Shown piece after piece: positions 1-8,774 of a DNA stretch of 14,973 bases. How positions within the stretch are numbered: the stretch's first letter is position 1; each line of letters starts with the position of its first letter. The notes under the pieces were generated by a model. The model ran no database searches. It was not told the origin of the DNA and saw nothing but the letters and a program-made list of their open reading frames with translations. This stretch comes from Octopus sinensis (lineage: Eukaryota). The position numbers and the translations under genes are program-made. The stretch covers positions 1 through 14,973 of the forward strand of contig NW_021825634.1 in NCBI RefSeq assembly GCF_006345805.1, written 5' to 3'.

Positions 1-97
1 TAGTTACGCACTGGGGTCGATGTAATCGACTTAATACCTATGTCTGTCCTTGTTTGTCCCCTCTGTATTTAGCCCCTTGTGGGTAATAAAGAAATAG
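1..97 (+). mobile_element. 3' tail portion of tRNA-derived SINE family B (Nin/Deu-like), cut by the window edge
   Basis: Near-identical to the reverse complement of 9610-9695 (gtcgatgtaatcgactta...gtccttgtttgtcc...taaagaaataggta) and continues the SINE body seen at 2966-3001. Confidence 0.7.
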
Positions 98-225
98 GTA
101 CTTAATTTATCGACCCCGAAAGGATGAAAGGCAAAGTCGACCTCGGCGGAATTTGAACTCAGAACATAAGGGCGTACGAAATACGGCTACGCATTTCGCC
201 CGGCGTGCTAACGTTTCTGCCCAGC
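94..225 (-). mobile_element. 5' half of tRNA-derived SINE family B with Nin/Deu-like central domain
   Basis: Minus strand reads gctgggcagaaacgttagcacgccggg...gagttcaaattcc (A/B-box-like), then gcctttcatcctttcggggtcgataaattaagtacc, which resembles the Nin/Deu SINE core as I recall it. Homologous to 2344-2403 plus 2908-2972. Confidence 0.7.
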
Positions 226-526
226 GCTCTACAACCCCTGGCTTACAAACCCGCCATTTCTTCTCTCTCTTTTCATCTATACAAGAATAGCATCTACTCT
301 TCTGATTTAGCTAACAATATACATATTCTACTCCGGCTCGCTCGATTCTTCGAACGCAAGGGTTATGGTATCAATATACCTACAGCACTTCACACGGTTC
401 TTGCTCGCTCAGAACTACAAGTTTCCGATGTATCACTTGCAATATTCACACATAGATGTTCATATTAGGTCTCAATCTCATCAATATCGTTCGTCTTCTA
501 GAACCAGCAGAGTTCAGGGATTTACC

Positions 527-600
527 AGCTTGCTTATCAACCACATGGTCCTGGATTCAGTCCCATTGCGTGGCATCTTGGGGAAGTGTCTGTGTTTGTC
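527..600 (+). mobile_element. Degenerate partial copy of SINE family A head
   Basis: agcttgcttatcaaccacatggtcctggattcagtcccattgcgtggcatcttgggg matches 662-718. Confidence 0.65.
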
Positions 601-638
601 CGCCCTGGGGTTATGAACTCTCGTGGGAAAAAAAGTTT

Positions 639-1054
639 GCAGGAGTGGCTGTGTGGTAAGTAGCTTGCTAACCGACCACATGGTTCCGGGTTCAGTCCCA
701 CTGCGTGGCATCTTGGGCAAATATCTTCTGCTGTAGCCCCAGGCCGACCAATGCCTTGTGAGTGGATTTGGTAGACGGAAACTGAAAGAAGCCTGTCGTA
801 TATATGTATATATATATATATATTATGTGTGTGTGTGCGTGTGTGTGTGTGTTTGTGTGTCTGTGTTTGTACCCCTAGTATTTCTTGATAACCGATGCTG
901 GTGTGTTTACGTCCCTGTCACTTAGCGGTTCGGCAAAAGAGACCGATAAAATAAGTACTGGGCTTATAAAGAATAAGTCCCGGGGTCGATTTGCTCGACT
1001 AAAGGCGGTGCTCCAGCATGGCCTCAGTCAAATGACTGAAACAAGTAAAAGAGT
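639..1054 (+). mobile_element. Full-length tRNA-derived SINE family A with internal (TA)n(TG)n tract
   Basis: A-box-like TGGCTGTGTGG, B-box-like GGTTCAGTCCC, internal microsatellite at ~801-861, 3' hairpin cagtca-aa-tgactg and aaaagagta tail. Several further copies lie in the window. Confidence 0.85.
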
Positions 1055-1168
1055 ATACCAGCCATACCAGAAAACAGATGCTTGCAACAGAGTGAACTTC
1101 ACGAAAAGCACAGAAAGACCAAATGTTTTTTTTTTATCATGATCACTAGTCTAAACTGAGAAAAGAGT

Positions 1169-1351
1169 TTAACCCCAAGAGACATTCATGCAACAGTGCA
1201 AAAGTAGGCAGCTGAATTTAGTAGAGGAAGACAGCGTCTTGAAGATGACCTAAGGACTGGACGTCCTGCAACTGCCATCACGGAGAATAACAAAGATCGT
1301 GCTCACCACATGGTGAAGGATGACCGGCGATTAACTATAAATCGAATAGCG
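1169..1351 (+). pseudogene. Mariner transposase N-terminal (HTH) fragment
   Basis: Frame from 1169 reads LTPRDIHATVQK*AAEFSRGRQRLEDDLRTGRPATAITENNKDRAHHMVKDDRRLTINRIA, typical of the mariner 'W...FxxGRxSLEDDPRSGRP...DRRLT' region. The W codon is now TAG. No TIRs were found, and it differs from the 3136-4362 element. Confidence 0.75.
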
Positions 1352-1752
1352 TATTTCACCGGACAAAATGGTTAACTAATATGGTTCATTGTTAGAAATT
1401 AAATTTAAAATTTCCAGAAATAAGACTTGTTGATAAGTTAGAAGGAGATAAATGTAATCGCATTAATCAATTTCTTTCAGTTTTCATCTATACTCTTTTA
1501 CTCTTTTACTTGTTTCAGTCATTTGACTGCGGCCATGCTGGAGCACCGCCTTTAGTCGAGCAACTCGACCCCGGGACTTATTCCTTTTGTAAGCCCAGTA
1601 CTTATTCTATCGGTCTCTTTTTACCGAACCGCTAAGTGACGGGGACGTAAACACACCAGCATCGGTTGTCAAGCAATGCTAGGGGAACAAACACAGACAC
1701 ACATACATTATATATATATATACATATATATATAATATATATAATATATATA

Positions 1753-1808
<56 letters not shown>

Positions 1809-1835
1809 CTTTATTTTAAGCAGCAGAAAATTCAA

Positions 1836-1885
1836 CAAAATCTGTTTACTCTGAGTTCTCGTTGCCGTTCATCAGACAGTTTTTG
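1836..1885 (-). ncRNA. Inverted twin of HH-A with damaged core
   Basis: Left arm of the palindrome. Same fold, but GAAA is reduced to GAA and there is an extra A after GUA (mutation or homopolymer assembly error). Confidence 0.5.
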
Positions 1886-1902
1886 CTAGAATGCCATTCT
1901 AG

Positions 1903-1952
1903 CAAAAACTGTCTGATGAACGGCAACGAGAAACTCAGAGTAACAGATTTTG
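1903..1952 (+). ncRNA. Minimal type I hammerhead ribozyme-like fold (family HH-A)
   Basis: Stem I CUGU(1909-12)/ACAG(1943-46), extended by CAAAA/UUUUG. Core CUGAUGA at 1913-1919. Stem II CG-GCAA-CG, with A.A instead of G-C at its base. GAAA at 1930-33. Stem III ACUC-A-GAGU. Predicted cleavage triplet GUA, cut after 1942. Confidence 0.72.
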
Positions 1953-2046
1953 TTGAATTTTCTGCTGCTTAAAATAAACATATACTCTACCACTGGTATT
2001 TGAGTACTCTTTTTTCCACCTTGTTTCACATTTATGTGTTTACTCC

Positions 2047-2090
<44 letters not shown>

Positions 2091-2403
2091 ATATATATAT
2101 ACACACGACAGGCTTCTTTCAGTTTCCGTCTACCAAATCCACTCACAAGGCATTGGTCGGCTCGGGGCTATAGCAGAAGACACTTGCCCAAGATGCCACG
2201 CAGTGGGACTGAACCCGGAACCATGTGGTTGGTTAGCAAGCTACTTACCACACAGCCACTCCAGCGCCTATATTATTCTTATATTTGTAAAGGATTCTGA
2301 TGTTGCGAATGCTATTAGCTAAAGTATCCGGATAAAAGAGCCTAGGCGATAGCTGGCAGAATTGTTACCGCACCGAACAAAAATGCATAGCAGCGTTTCA
2401 TTT

Positions 2404-2907
2404 AACTTAGATAAACTTAGATAAACTTAGATATGTTTCGACCAGAGATTGGTCCAGGCCATGTCTAACTTAATAGCACCACCTGATAGGATTATTCGAA
2501 TCCTGTTCAAGTCAAGTTTTGTTCAAGTAGTGAGTTCTTGTTGGGTGAGTTGTATCCAGTTTTGTTCAAGTAGTGAGTTCTTGTTGGGTGAGTTGTATCC
2601 AGTTTTGTTCAAGTAGTGAGTTCTTGTTGGGTGAGTTGTATCCAATTATGGGTGGCTTATCTGGTATTCTTTGAAGGAATCTATCCAGACTCTGTTTGAA
2701 GTTGATGGGATCCTTTTCCTCTTTGATCTCCCTCGGGACAATGTTAAATAGGGCAGGGCCTGTTGAGGAAAAGAAATTATGTTGCAGTGTACATGTATGT
2801 TGTGATCTTGAATTTGGCAGGGGACGTATAGCCCGTGGTCCAAGTCTTGGATGAACCTTGAAGCTAATGTTTAGGTCGTTTGGGCAAAGTTGGCGGTATA
2901 TTTTCCA
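2404..2907 (-). mobile_element. 5'-truncated non-LTR retrotransposon 3' end (CR1/L2-group-like ORF2 C-terminus, 3' UTR and tandem tail)
   Basis: WKIYRQLCPN...NFFSSTGPALFNIVPREIK...FKQSLDRFLQRIPDKP resembles the C-terminus of CR1/L2/Crack-type ORF2. Tail is (AACTTAGATA)x3 at 2404-2433. The N-terminal part of track ORF 2566..3009 is SINE sequence. The clade assignment is tentative. Confidence 0.7.
2515..2643. repeat. Perfect 43-bp tandem triplication
   Basis: agttttgttcaagtagtgagttcttgttgggtgagttgtatcc starts at 2515, 2558 and 2601. Confidence 0.95.
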
Positions 2908-3135
2908 GTGTTCAAATTCTGCCGAATTCGACTTTACCTTGCATCCTTTCGGGATCAATAAAATAAGTACCAGTTGAGCACTGGAGTCAATATAATCGAC
3001 TGGCTCCACCTAAAATTCTAGGCCTTATGCCAAGATTTGAAACCAATATCTGGATAAACATAAAAAGGTTGTTGTTATCAAAAGTTGTTTTGTTCAAGAG
3101 TGCCTTCCTTGCTTAAAGACAGCGTTTATTTTATA

Positions 3136-4362
3136 TTGAGTTGGCAACTAAGTTCCCGGCGTTTTTTAAATTTTGGAATTTATTGCGTTTTTAAATTTTG
3201 GAATCTATTTTTTACGAGAATTCTATTTTTGAATCATTTTGGAATCTACTTTGTTTTTTTGTTTGTTTTTTTTTCTAGTTAATTTTTGTTTATTTTCAGA
3301 TCATTAAAATGGAATGTGAAGTTAAGAAAAACGAGCATTTTCGACACCTCCTTCTATTTGCTTTTAATCAAGGTTCTAAGGCCGCAAAAGCTGCTCGCGA
3401 CATTCGTGCTGTGTATGGTGAGGTTGTCATAGCTGAAAGAACCGCTCGTGATTGGTATACCAAGTTCAAAAATGGAAACTTCAACCTCAAAGACGCATCT
3501 CGCTCTCGTCGTCCAGTTGAGTTCGATGAAGAGTGATTAAACCAACTTTTGCACTAAAATTCTCGTCAACCGACAAGGGAACTGGCAGAGGGAACTGCTA
3601 TAGAGAAGCATCTTCACTCAATGGGAAAGGTTCAGAAGTTTGGAGCATGGGTTCCGCATGCTTTAAGTGACAACAACAAAAATCAACGAGCCGCAATCTC
3701 CGCTGGTTTCCTTGCTCGTCACCGCTCAACTCATGGACACAAGCAACGATTTCTTTACCGAAAAATGGTGCCCGTACATCAATATGAAGCAGTGTAAGGA
3801 ATGGCTTAACCCCGTAAACAAGTGACACCGCGCGTGAAATAAGATCTTCATCTGCGTAAAACGATGCTGTGCGTATGGTGGGACTGAGAAGGGATTATCC
3901 ATTACGAATTGCTTGACCGGAACCAAACGGTCAACGCAGAACTCTATGTTCAGCAGATGGAACGACTCAACACGGCTATTCAAATGAAAAGACCTAATCA
4001 GTAGCACGACAACGCCCGCCCTCATATCGCCAATATGACCAAGGAAGCCATTGAAACGCATGGCTGGGAAGTGCTGCCACATCTGCCGTACTCTCCTGAT
4101 TTGGCACCAACGATCTCTTTCAAATGCTAAGCGCGGAGTTTCGTTCAATACTAATGCAGAATTGGGAGCTTGGTTGGATTAACTTTTCGAGTCGAAATCG
4201 GCTGATTTCTACCAACGAGGTATTGAAAATCCTGTTGAACGTTGGGATGAAGTTGTAAAAAAGGGTGAATACATTATTGATTATTAGTTGTTATTTTTTT
4301 TATTAAACCTTTTAAAAAAATTAAATTTAAAAAAAAGGGCGGGAACTTAGTTGCCAATCCAA
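3136..4362 (+). mobile_element. Mariner DNA transposon (mellifera-subfamily-like), both ends intact
   Basis: TIRs TTGAGTTGGCAACTAAGTTCCCG (3136-3158) and the reverse complement of 4340-4362 match at 21/23. TA duplication at 3134-35 and 4363-64. Encloses a transposase remnant. Confidence 0.92.
3309..4287 (+). pseudogene. Mariner transposase pseudogene
   Basis: ME..KKNEHFRHLLLFAF start and WVPHAL, EKW, VWWD, HDNARPH and PYSPDLAP motifs, ending KGEYIIDY*. Contains multiple stops, frameshifts and short deletions. Confidence 0.9.
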
Positions 4363-4466
4363 TATAAAAGAACAGGCTTGAATGTCTTTTTCTCAGAAAC
4401 GAGCCTTAAGAGGAATTGCGCATTATGAATCATATCACATTGAATAATAAAAGAATATATTTCATT

Positions 4467-4866
4467 AGAAGTCGCTATGTGGTAAGTAGCTTGCTTACCA
4501 ACCACAATGGTTCCGGGTTCAGTCCCACTGCGTGGCACCTTGGGCAAGTGTCTTCTACTATAGCCTCGGTCCGACCAAAGCTTAGTGAGTGGATTTGGTA
4601 GACGGAAACTGAAAAAACGCCCGTCGTATATATGTAAATACATGTGTGTATGTGTTTGTGTCTCTGTGTTTGTCCCCCTCAACATCGCTTGATAAGCGAT
4701 GCTGGTGTGTTTATGTCCCCGTAACTTAGCGGTTCGGCAAAAAAAGACCGATAAGAATAAGTACTAGGCTTCCAAAGAATAAGTCCTGGGTCGATTTGCT
4801 CGACTAAAGGCGGTGCTCCAGCATGGCCACAGTCACATGACTGAAAAAAGTAAAAGAGTAAAAGAA
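4467..4866 (+). mobile_element. SINE family A copy with short internal microsatellite
   Basis: Colinear with 639-1054. Possible degraded TSD taaaagaat(t)atat at 4448-4460 and ~4859-4872. Confidence 0.85.
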
Positions 4867-5410
4867 TTATATGAAGCACACAATATATTATACTAAGCAA
4901 ATCATACAAATACGTTGGATTCGGACCTAGATATTACATTAAAGATTATGTTACAAAATTTTAGTAAAATAATTGTTATAAACGCAACATAAGCTGACCA
5001 TAACCAAGGCAATGTAGTCAAATACAGTTGAATGTTTCAGATCCATGTCTCAGGTGATCCAGTTGTTTTTAGTGTAATACTGGTGACTGTTTTATTGATC
5101 TTTGTATATTAAAGAGTAAAATTCGATTTCAGTTATAAAACATTTAGACCGAAAAACTACCGACTGTAAGTCGTCAAGTTGTATAATAATGAACGTTCTA
5201 GAGCTTTGATTCTCCTCTCTATCAATAAGGAATTTTCTTCGTCTGCCAAATACTTGGTCAAACTTTTTGACTGCCTAAATTGGTGCGAATTACTAATAGA
5301 TACTTGTTGCACATTACGTTCAGTACATTTTAAAACACTAATTTCTTTAATAAGCCCATTGGGTATTAGAAACACCAGTGCCTGATTAAGCATTGAGATT
5401 ATACGTATAT

Positions 5411-5585
5411 AGGCGCAGGAGTGGCTGTGTGGTAAGTAGCTTGCTTACCAACCACATGGTTCCAGGTTCAGTCCCACTGCGTGGCACCTTGGGCAAGTGT
5501 CTTCTACTATAGACTCGGGCCGACCAAAGCCTTGTGAGTGGATTTGGCAGACAGAAACTGAAAGAAGGCGTCGTATATATATATG

Positions 5586-5627
<42 letters not shown>

Positions 5628-5772
5628 ATATAGTATATATGTGTGTGTGTGTGTGTGTTGTGTGTGTATGTGTGTGTATGTGTGTGTATGGTGTGTGTGT
5701 GTGTATGGGTGTGTGTCTGTGTTTGTCCCCCCAATATCATTTGACAACCGATGGCTGGTGTGTTTACGTTCC
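5411..5772 (+). mobile_element. SINE family A copy, 3'-truncated, with expanded (TA)n(TG)n tract
   Basis: Starts aggcgcaggagtggctgtgtgg. Internal tract ~5574-5715. Homology stops at gtgtttacgttcc, where (TA)n begins. Confidence 0.85.
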
Positions 5773-5794
5773 ATATATATATATATGTATATAG

Positions 5795-5887
<93 letters not shown>

Positions 5888-5962
5888 ACATATATATATA
5901 TATATTATATACACACACATATATGTATGTATGTATATATAATATATATATATATATATATA
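5773..5962. repeat. Long imperfect (TA)n microsatellite
   Basis: Direct reading. Confidence 0.95.
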
Positions 5963-5963
5963 T

Positions 5964-6291
5964 CCATTTGGTCAAAATTGACCATGGGTTTGCCCCTAGA
6001 AAGTTCCTCTCCGAGGCACAAGTCAGGGCGAGGCTGTTTATGGAAGAACAGAAGTCACCCATGAATACCAGCCTTCCTTCTCCATGCCACTGATGTTGTC
6101 CAAGGGAAAGACAAAGGGGCCGATACAACTTGGCACAAGTAACATACCAACTCATTTCTACAGCTGAGTGAACTGGAGCAATGTGAAATAAAGTGTCTTG
6201 CTCAAGAACACAACACACACAGCCCGGTCTGGGAATCGAACTCACTACTTCATGATTGTGAGGCTGACGCTCTAACCACTGAACCGTGCAC
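5964..6291 (-). mobile_element. tRNA-derived SINE family C with Meta/V-like central domain
   Basis: Minus strand cggttcagtggttagagcg...gagttcgattccc (A/B boxes), followed by ttgagcaagacactttatttcacattgctccagttcactcagctgtagaaatgagt, similar to the MetaSINE core as I recall it. Confidence 0.7.
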
Positions 6292-6465
6292 GAGATTATG
6301 TCACACTAGGCTTTTATTGTCGGAGGAGTGTAAGCGAATTGCCAAAATTGAATATATTAATCTTTGACATGAATCGAAATTTTCTCCAGCAATTTAGTGG
6401 AGCGAATTGCCGACAGCGTGAAACAACGAGAGAATTACATATGACCACTTTCACCGCCGCCGCGC

Positions 6466-6511
6466 CACCACCACCACCACCACCATCACCAGTAGCAGCA
6501 GCAGCAGCAGC
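6466..6511. repeat. (CCA)n then (GCA)n trinucleotide microsatellite
   Basis: Direct reading. Confidence 0.9.
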
Positions 6512-6692
6512 CGGTCTAGAATTTGGACCTGGAGATCTCCAGCGACTTCGAGGGCCACCTCCTAGTGGTGTCGGGCGTCAACGGAGAGCCCTCGACAAGA
6601 CGACCAAAGTTTTTTTTTTCTTCCAAGGTCTGGGGTCTCCCGCCCCTAAGCCCTAGACCATCACCTAATCACCCTTACCCATCTTGTTGCTT

Positions 6693-6772
6693 AACAACAA
6701 CAACAACAGCAACAACAGCAGCATCAGCAGCAGTAGTAGTAGTAGTAGTAGTAGTAGTAGTTAGTAGTAGTA
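6693..6772. repeat. Compound (CAA)n/(GCA)n/(GTA)n microsatellite
   Basis: Direct reading. Confidence 0.9.
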
Positions 6773-6796
6773 ATGCCTATTATTTGCACTATCAGT

Positions 6797-7164
6797 GTGG
6801 AAGCGCAATGGCCCAGTGGTTAGAGCAGCGGACTCGCGGTCATAGGAACGCGGTTTCGATTCCTAGACCGGGCGTTGTGGGTGTTTATTGAGCGAAAACG
6901 TCTACAGCGGCAAATCCTGCTTTACTTTTTCACCGCAACTTTCTCTCACTCTTACTTCCTGCTTCTGTTGTACCTGTATTTCAAAGGGCCAGCCTTATCA
7001 CACTCTGTGTCACGCTGAATGTCCCCCTGAGAACTACGTTAAGGGTGCGCGTGTCTGTGGAGTGCTCAGCCACTTACACGTTAATTTCACGAGCAGGATG
7101 TTCCGTTGGTCGGATCAACTGCAACCCTCGTCGTCGTAAGCAACGGAGGGCCAACAACAACAGT
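6797..7164 (+). mobile_element. tRNA-derived SINE family D with 9-bp TSD
   Basis: tggcccagtggttagagc...ggtttcgattcc head and (CAA)n tail. ACTATCAGT duplicated at 6788-6796 and 7165-7173. Homologous to 13664-14000. Confidence 0.85.
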
Positions 7165-7173
7165 ACTATCAGT

Positions 7174-7320
7174 ATCATAATTACTTCTACTACTGCCACT
7201 AAAACAACAAGCAGTAATAGCAATAGTAGTAATACTACTATCATATCTACTACTCATAATTATTACTATAATTATTACTATGACTCATAATTATTTCTAT
7301 GACTGCAACTACTGCCTTTA
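7174..7320. repeat. Degenerate (ACT/AAT)-rich low-complexity tract
   Basis: Direct reading of tac/taa/cat triplet-like runs. Confidence 0.7.
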
Positions 7321-7944
7321 TTCCGATTACAAATAATGTAAAACTTGTTTATGTAACTCCACCTCAATATTTCTCATAAAGCGCTTAGTGCTTACACAGT
7401 AAGCAAGCCATTGGCTGTCAAAACGTGTCCCACGCCCACATCATTGAATATAATAAGATGCTCACATATTTCATCCAATCAACAACATGTATAGACATTA
7501 TAATTACCACCTTCTTATTTATTTTACCTACTTAATATTTATTTTTGTATATATCCGCTACATGAAGTAGGCGTCATTAACATAATATTAATGCATGAAA
7601 GGCGGTGTTTATATGTCATTATAGAACAGGAAAGACTTGTTTAGACGTTCGTGTCCGTTATATACCTTATTAAAACACACCCACAGGCCGTATGAGTGAC
7701 AGGCATGTTGACAACTAAGTACCGCCTTCTTATATTTGCTTAACTGTGTGAATACTTGATATCGATATGGAACTTAATTTAATATACAGTAACTGAGGGA
7801 AATCTTGTGCTTTCGTGAATTTTAAAGAACATGTAACTATGGAAACCTACATATTCACAAAGATATATACATGCATGTCATGCATACCTCTCTGTATGCA
7901 CATGCATGACATACATACGTAAATATATATGTATATAATATAAT

Positions 7945-7997
<53 letters not shown>

Positions 7998-7999
<2 letters not shown>

Positions 8000-8237
8000 T
8001 CTTTTACTCTTTTACTTGTTTCAGTCATTTGACTGCGGTCATGCCGGAGCACCGCCTTTAGTCGAGCAAATCGCCCCACGACTTATTTTTGTAAGCCTAG
8101 TACTTTTTATCGGTCTCTTATGCCGAACCACTAAGTTACGGAAACGTAAACACACACCAACATCGGTGTCAAGCGATGTTGAAGGGAAAAACACAGACAT
8201 ACATTAACCCCCACCCACCCACCCATTCACCCCCATA

Positions 8238-8302
<65 letters not shown>

Positions 8303-8453
8303 GATTATATACATATATACGACGGGCTTCTTTCAGTTTACGTCTACCAAATTCACTCACAAAGCGTTGGCCCGAGGCTATAGTAGAAGACACTTGCCCA
8401 AGGTGCCACGCAGTGGGACTGAACCCGGAATCAGGTAGTTGGTAAACAAGCTA
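7998..8453 (-). mobile_element. SINE family A copy, with (CCCA)n and (TA)n in the internal tract and the head end lost to (CA)n
   Basis: Reverse complement of 639-1054 from the actcttttac tail to gtaaacaagcta. Confidence 0.85.
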
Positions 8454-8564
8454 AATACACACACACACACACGTGTGTGTGTGTGCGTGTGTGTGTGTAT
8501 GTCTGTGTGTGTGTGTGTTTGTGTGTTTATGTATGTATGTATTTATACAAGTAGGTAGGTGGGT

Positions 8565-8750
8565 CTTTTACATGTTCCGGTCATTTGACTGCGGCCATGC
8601 TAGAGCAGCACCTAGAAGAATTTTAGTCAAAGGAATCGATCCCCGTACCGTTGTCTTAAGTTTGGTAATTATTCGCTAAGTTATGTGGACGTAAGCACGT
8701 TATCAAGTGGCGGTGGGAGCAGACATAGACACAAAGACATACACACACAC
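8565..8750 (-). mobile_element. Old degenerate 3' half of a SINE family A-related copy
   Basis: gtcatttgactgcggccatgctagagca...gctaagttatgtggacgtaa matches the family A 3' half with many changes. Confidence 0.6.
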
Positions 8751-8774
8751 AAAGATATATGTATGTATGTGAGA

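Larger units (their letters stand above)
1810..1978. repeat. 169-bp near-perfect palindrome (84-bp arms, 1-nt centre at 1894)
   Basis: 1810-1893 is the reverse complement of 1895-1978 apart from two 1-nt indels (ctgtttactc vs gagtaacag; gagttctcg vs cgagaaactc). Confidence 0.95.
1491..2269 (-). mobile_element. SINE family A copy interrupted in its internal (TA)n tract by a 239-bp insertion
   Basis: The 3' half (1491-1708) and 5' half (~2106-2269) are reverse complements of the 639-1054 copy. (TA)n at 1709-1808 and 2049-2100 flank foreign sequence 1810-2048. Confidence 0.85.
2344..3048 (+). mobile_element. SINE family B copy split by a LINE insertion (head 2344-2403, body and tail 2908-3048)
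   Basis: Head aggcgatagctggcagaattgttaccgc resumes at gtgttcaaattctgccgaattcgactttaccttgcatcctttcgggatcaataaaataagtacc, homologous to 94-225. Confidence 0.75.

Noticed and set aside
205-616. Short ORFs in unique sequence at 230-520
   Set aside because: They begin or end in SINE DNA, show no recognisable motif and lack strong splice pairs.
1632-2300. ORFs rich in IY/YI repeats (also 5507-6245, 7855-8445, 13103-13402)
   Set aside because: They are translations of (TA)n, (TG)n and (CATA)n tracts and SINE sequence.
3598-4148. Minus-strand ORFs of 76 and 140 aa
   Set aside because: They are antisense shadows of the mariner transposase.
5157-5393. Overlapping ORFs on both strands in unique AT-rich DNA; possible minus-strand exon 5162-5277
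   Set aside because: There is no recognisable domain, the splice signals are weak and the lengths are within chance.
6797-6875. tRNA genes at SINE heads (also 13925-14000, 6225-6291, 639-710)
   Set aside because: They have A/B boxes but no complete cloverleaf, and they continue into SINE bodies, two of them with TSDs.
6339-6891. ORFs with poly-Pro/Ala/Thr/Val as a transcription-factor-like exon
   Set aside because: The homopolymers come from trinucleotide microsatellites, there is no recognisable domain, and the second ORF ends inside a SINE.
7405-7490. Promoter-like cluster (ATTGG, CTGTCA, CCCACGCCC, TATAA, CCAAT)
   Set aside because: These short motifs are expected by chance, and no downstream gene or TSS evidence is visible.
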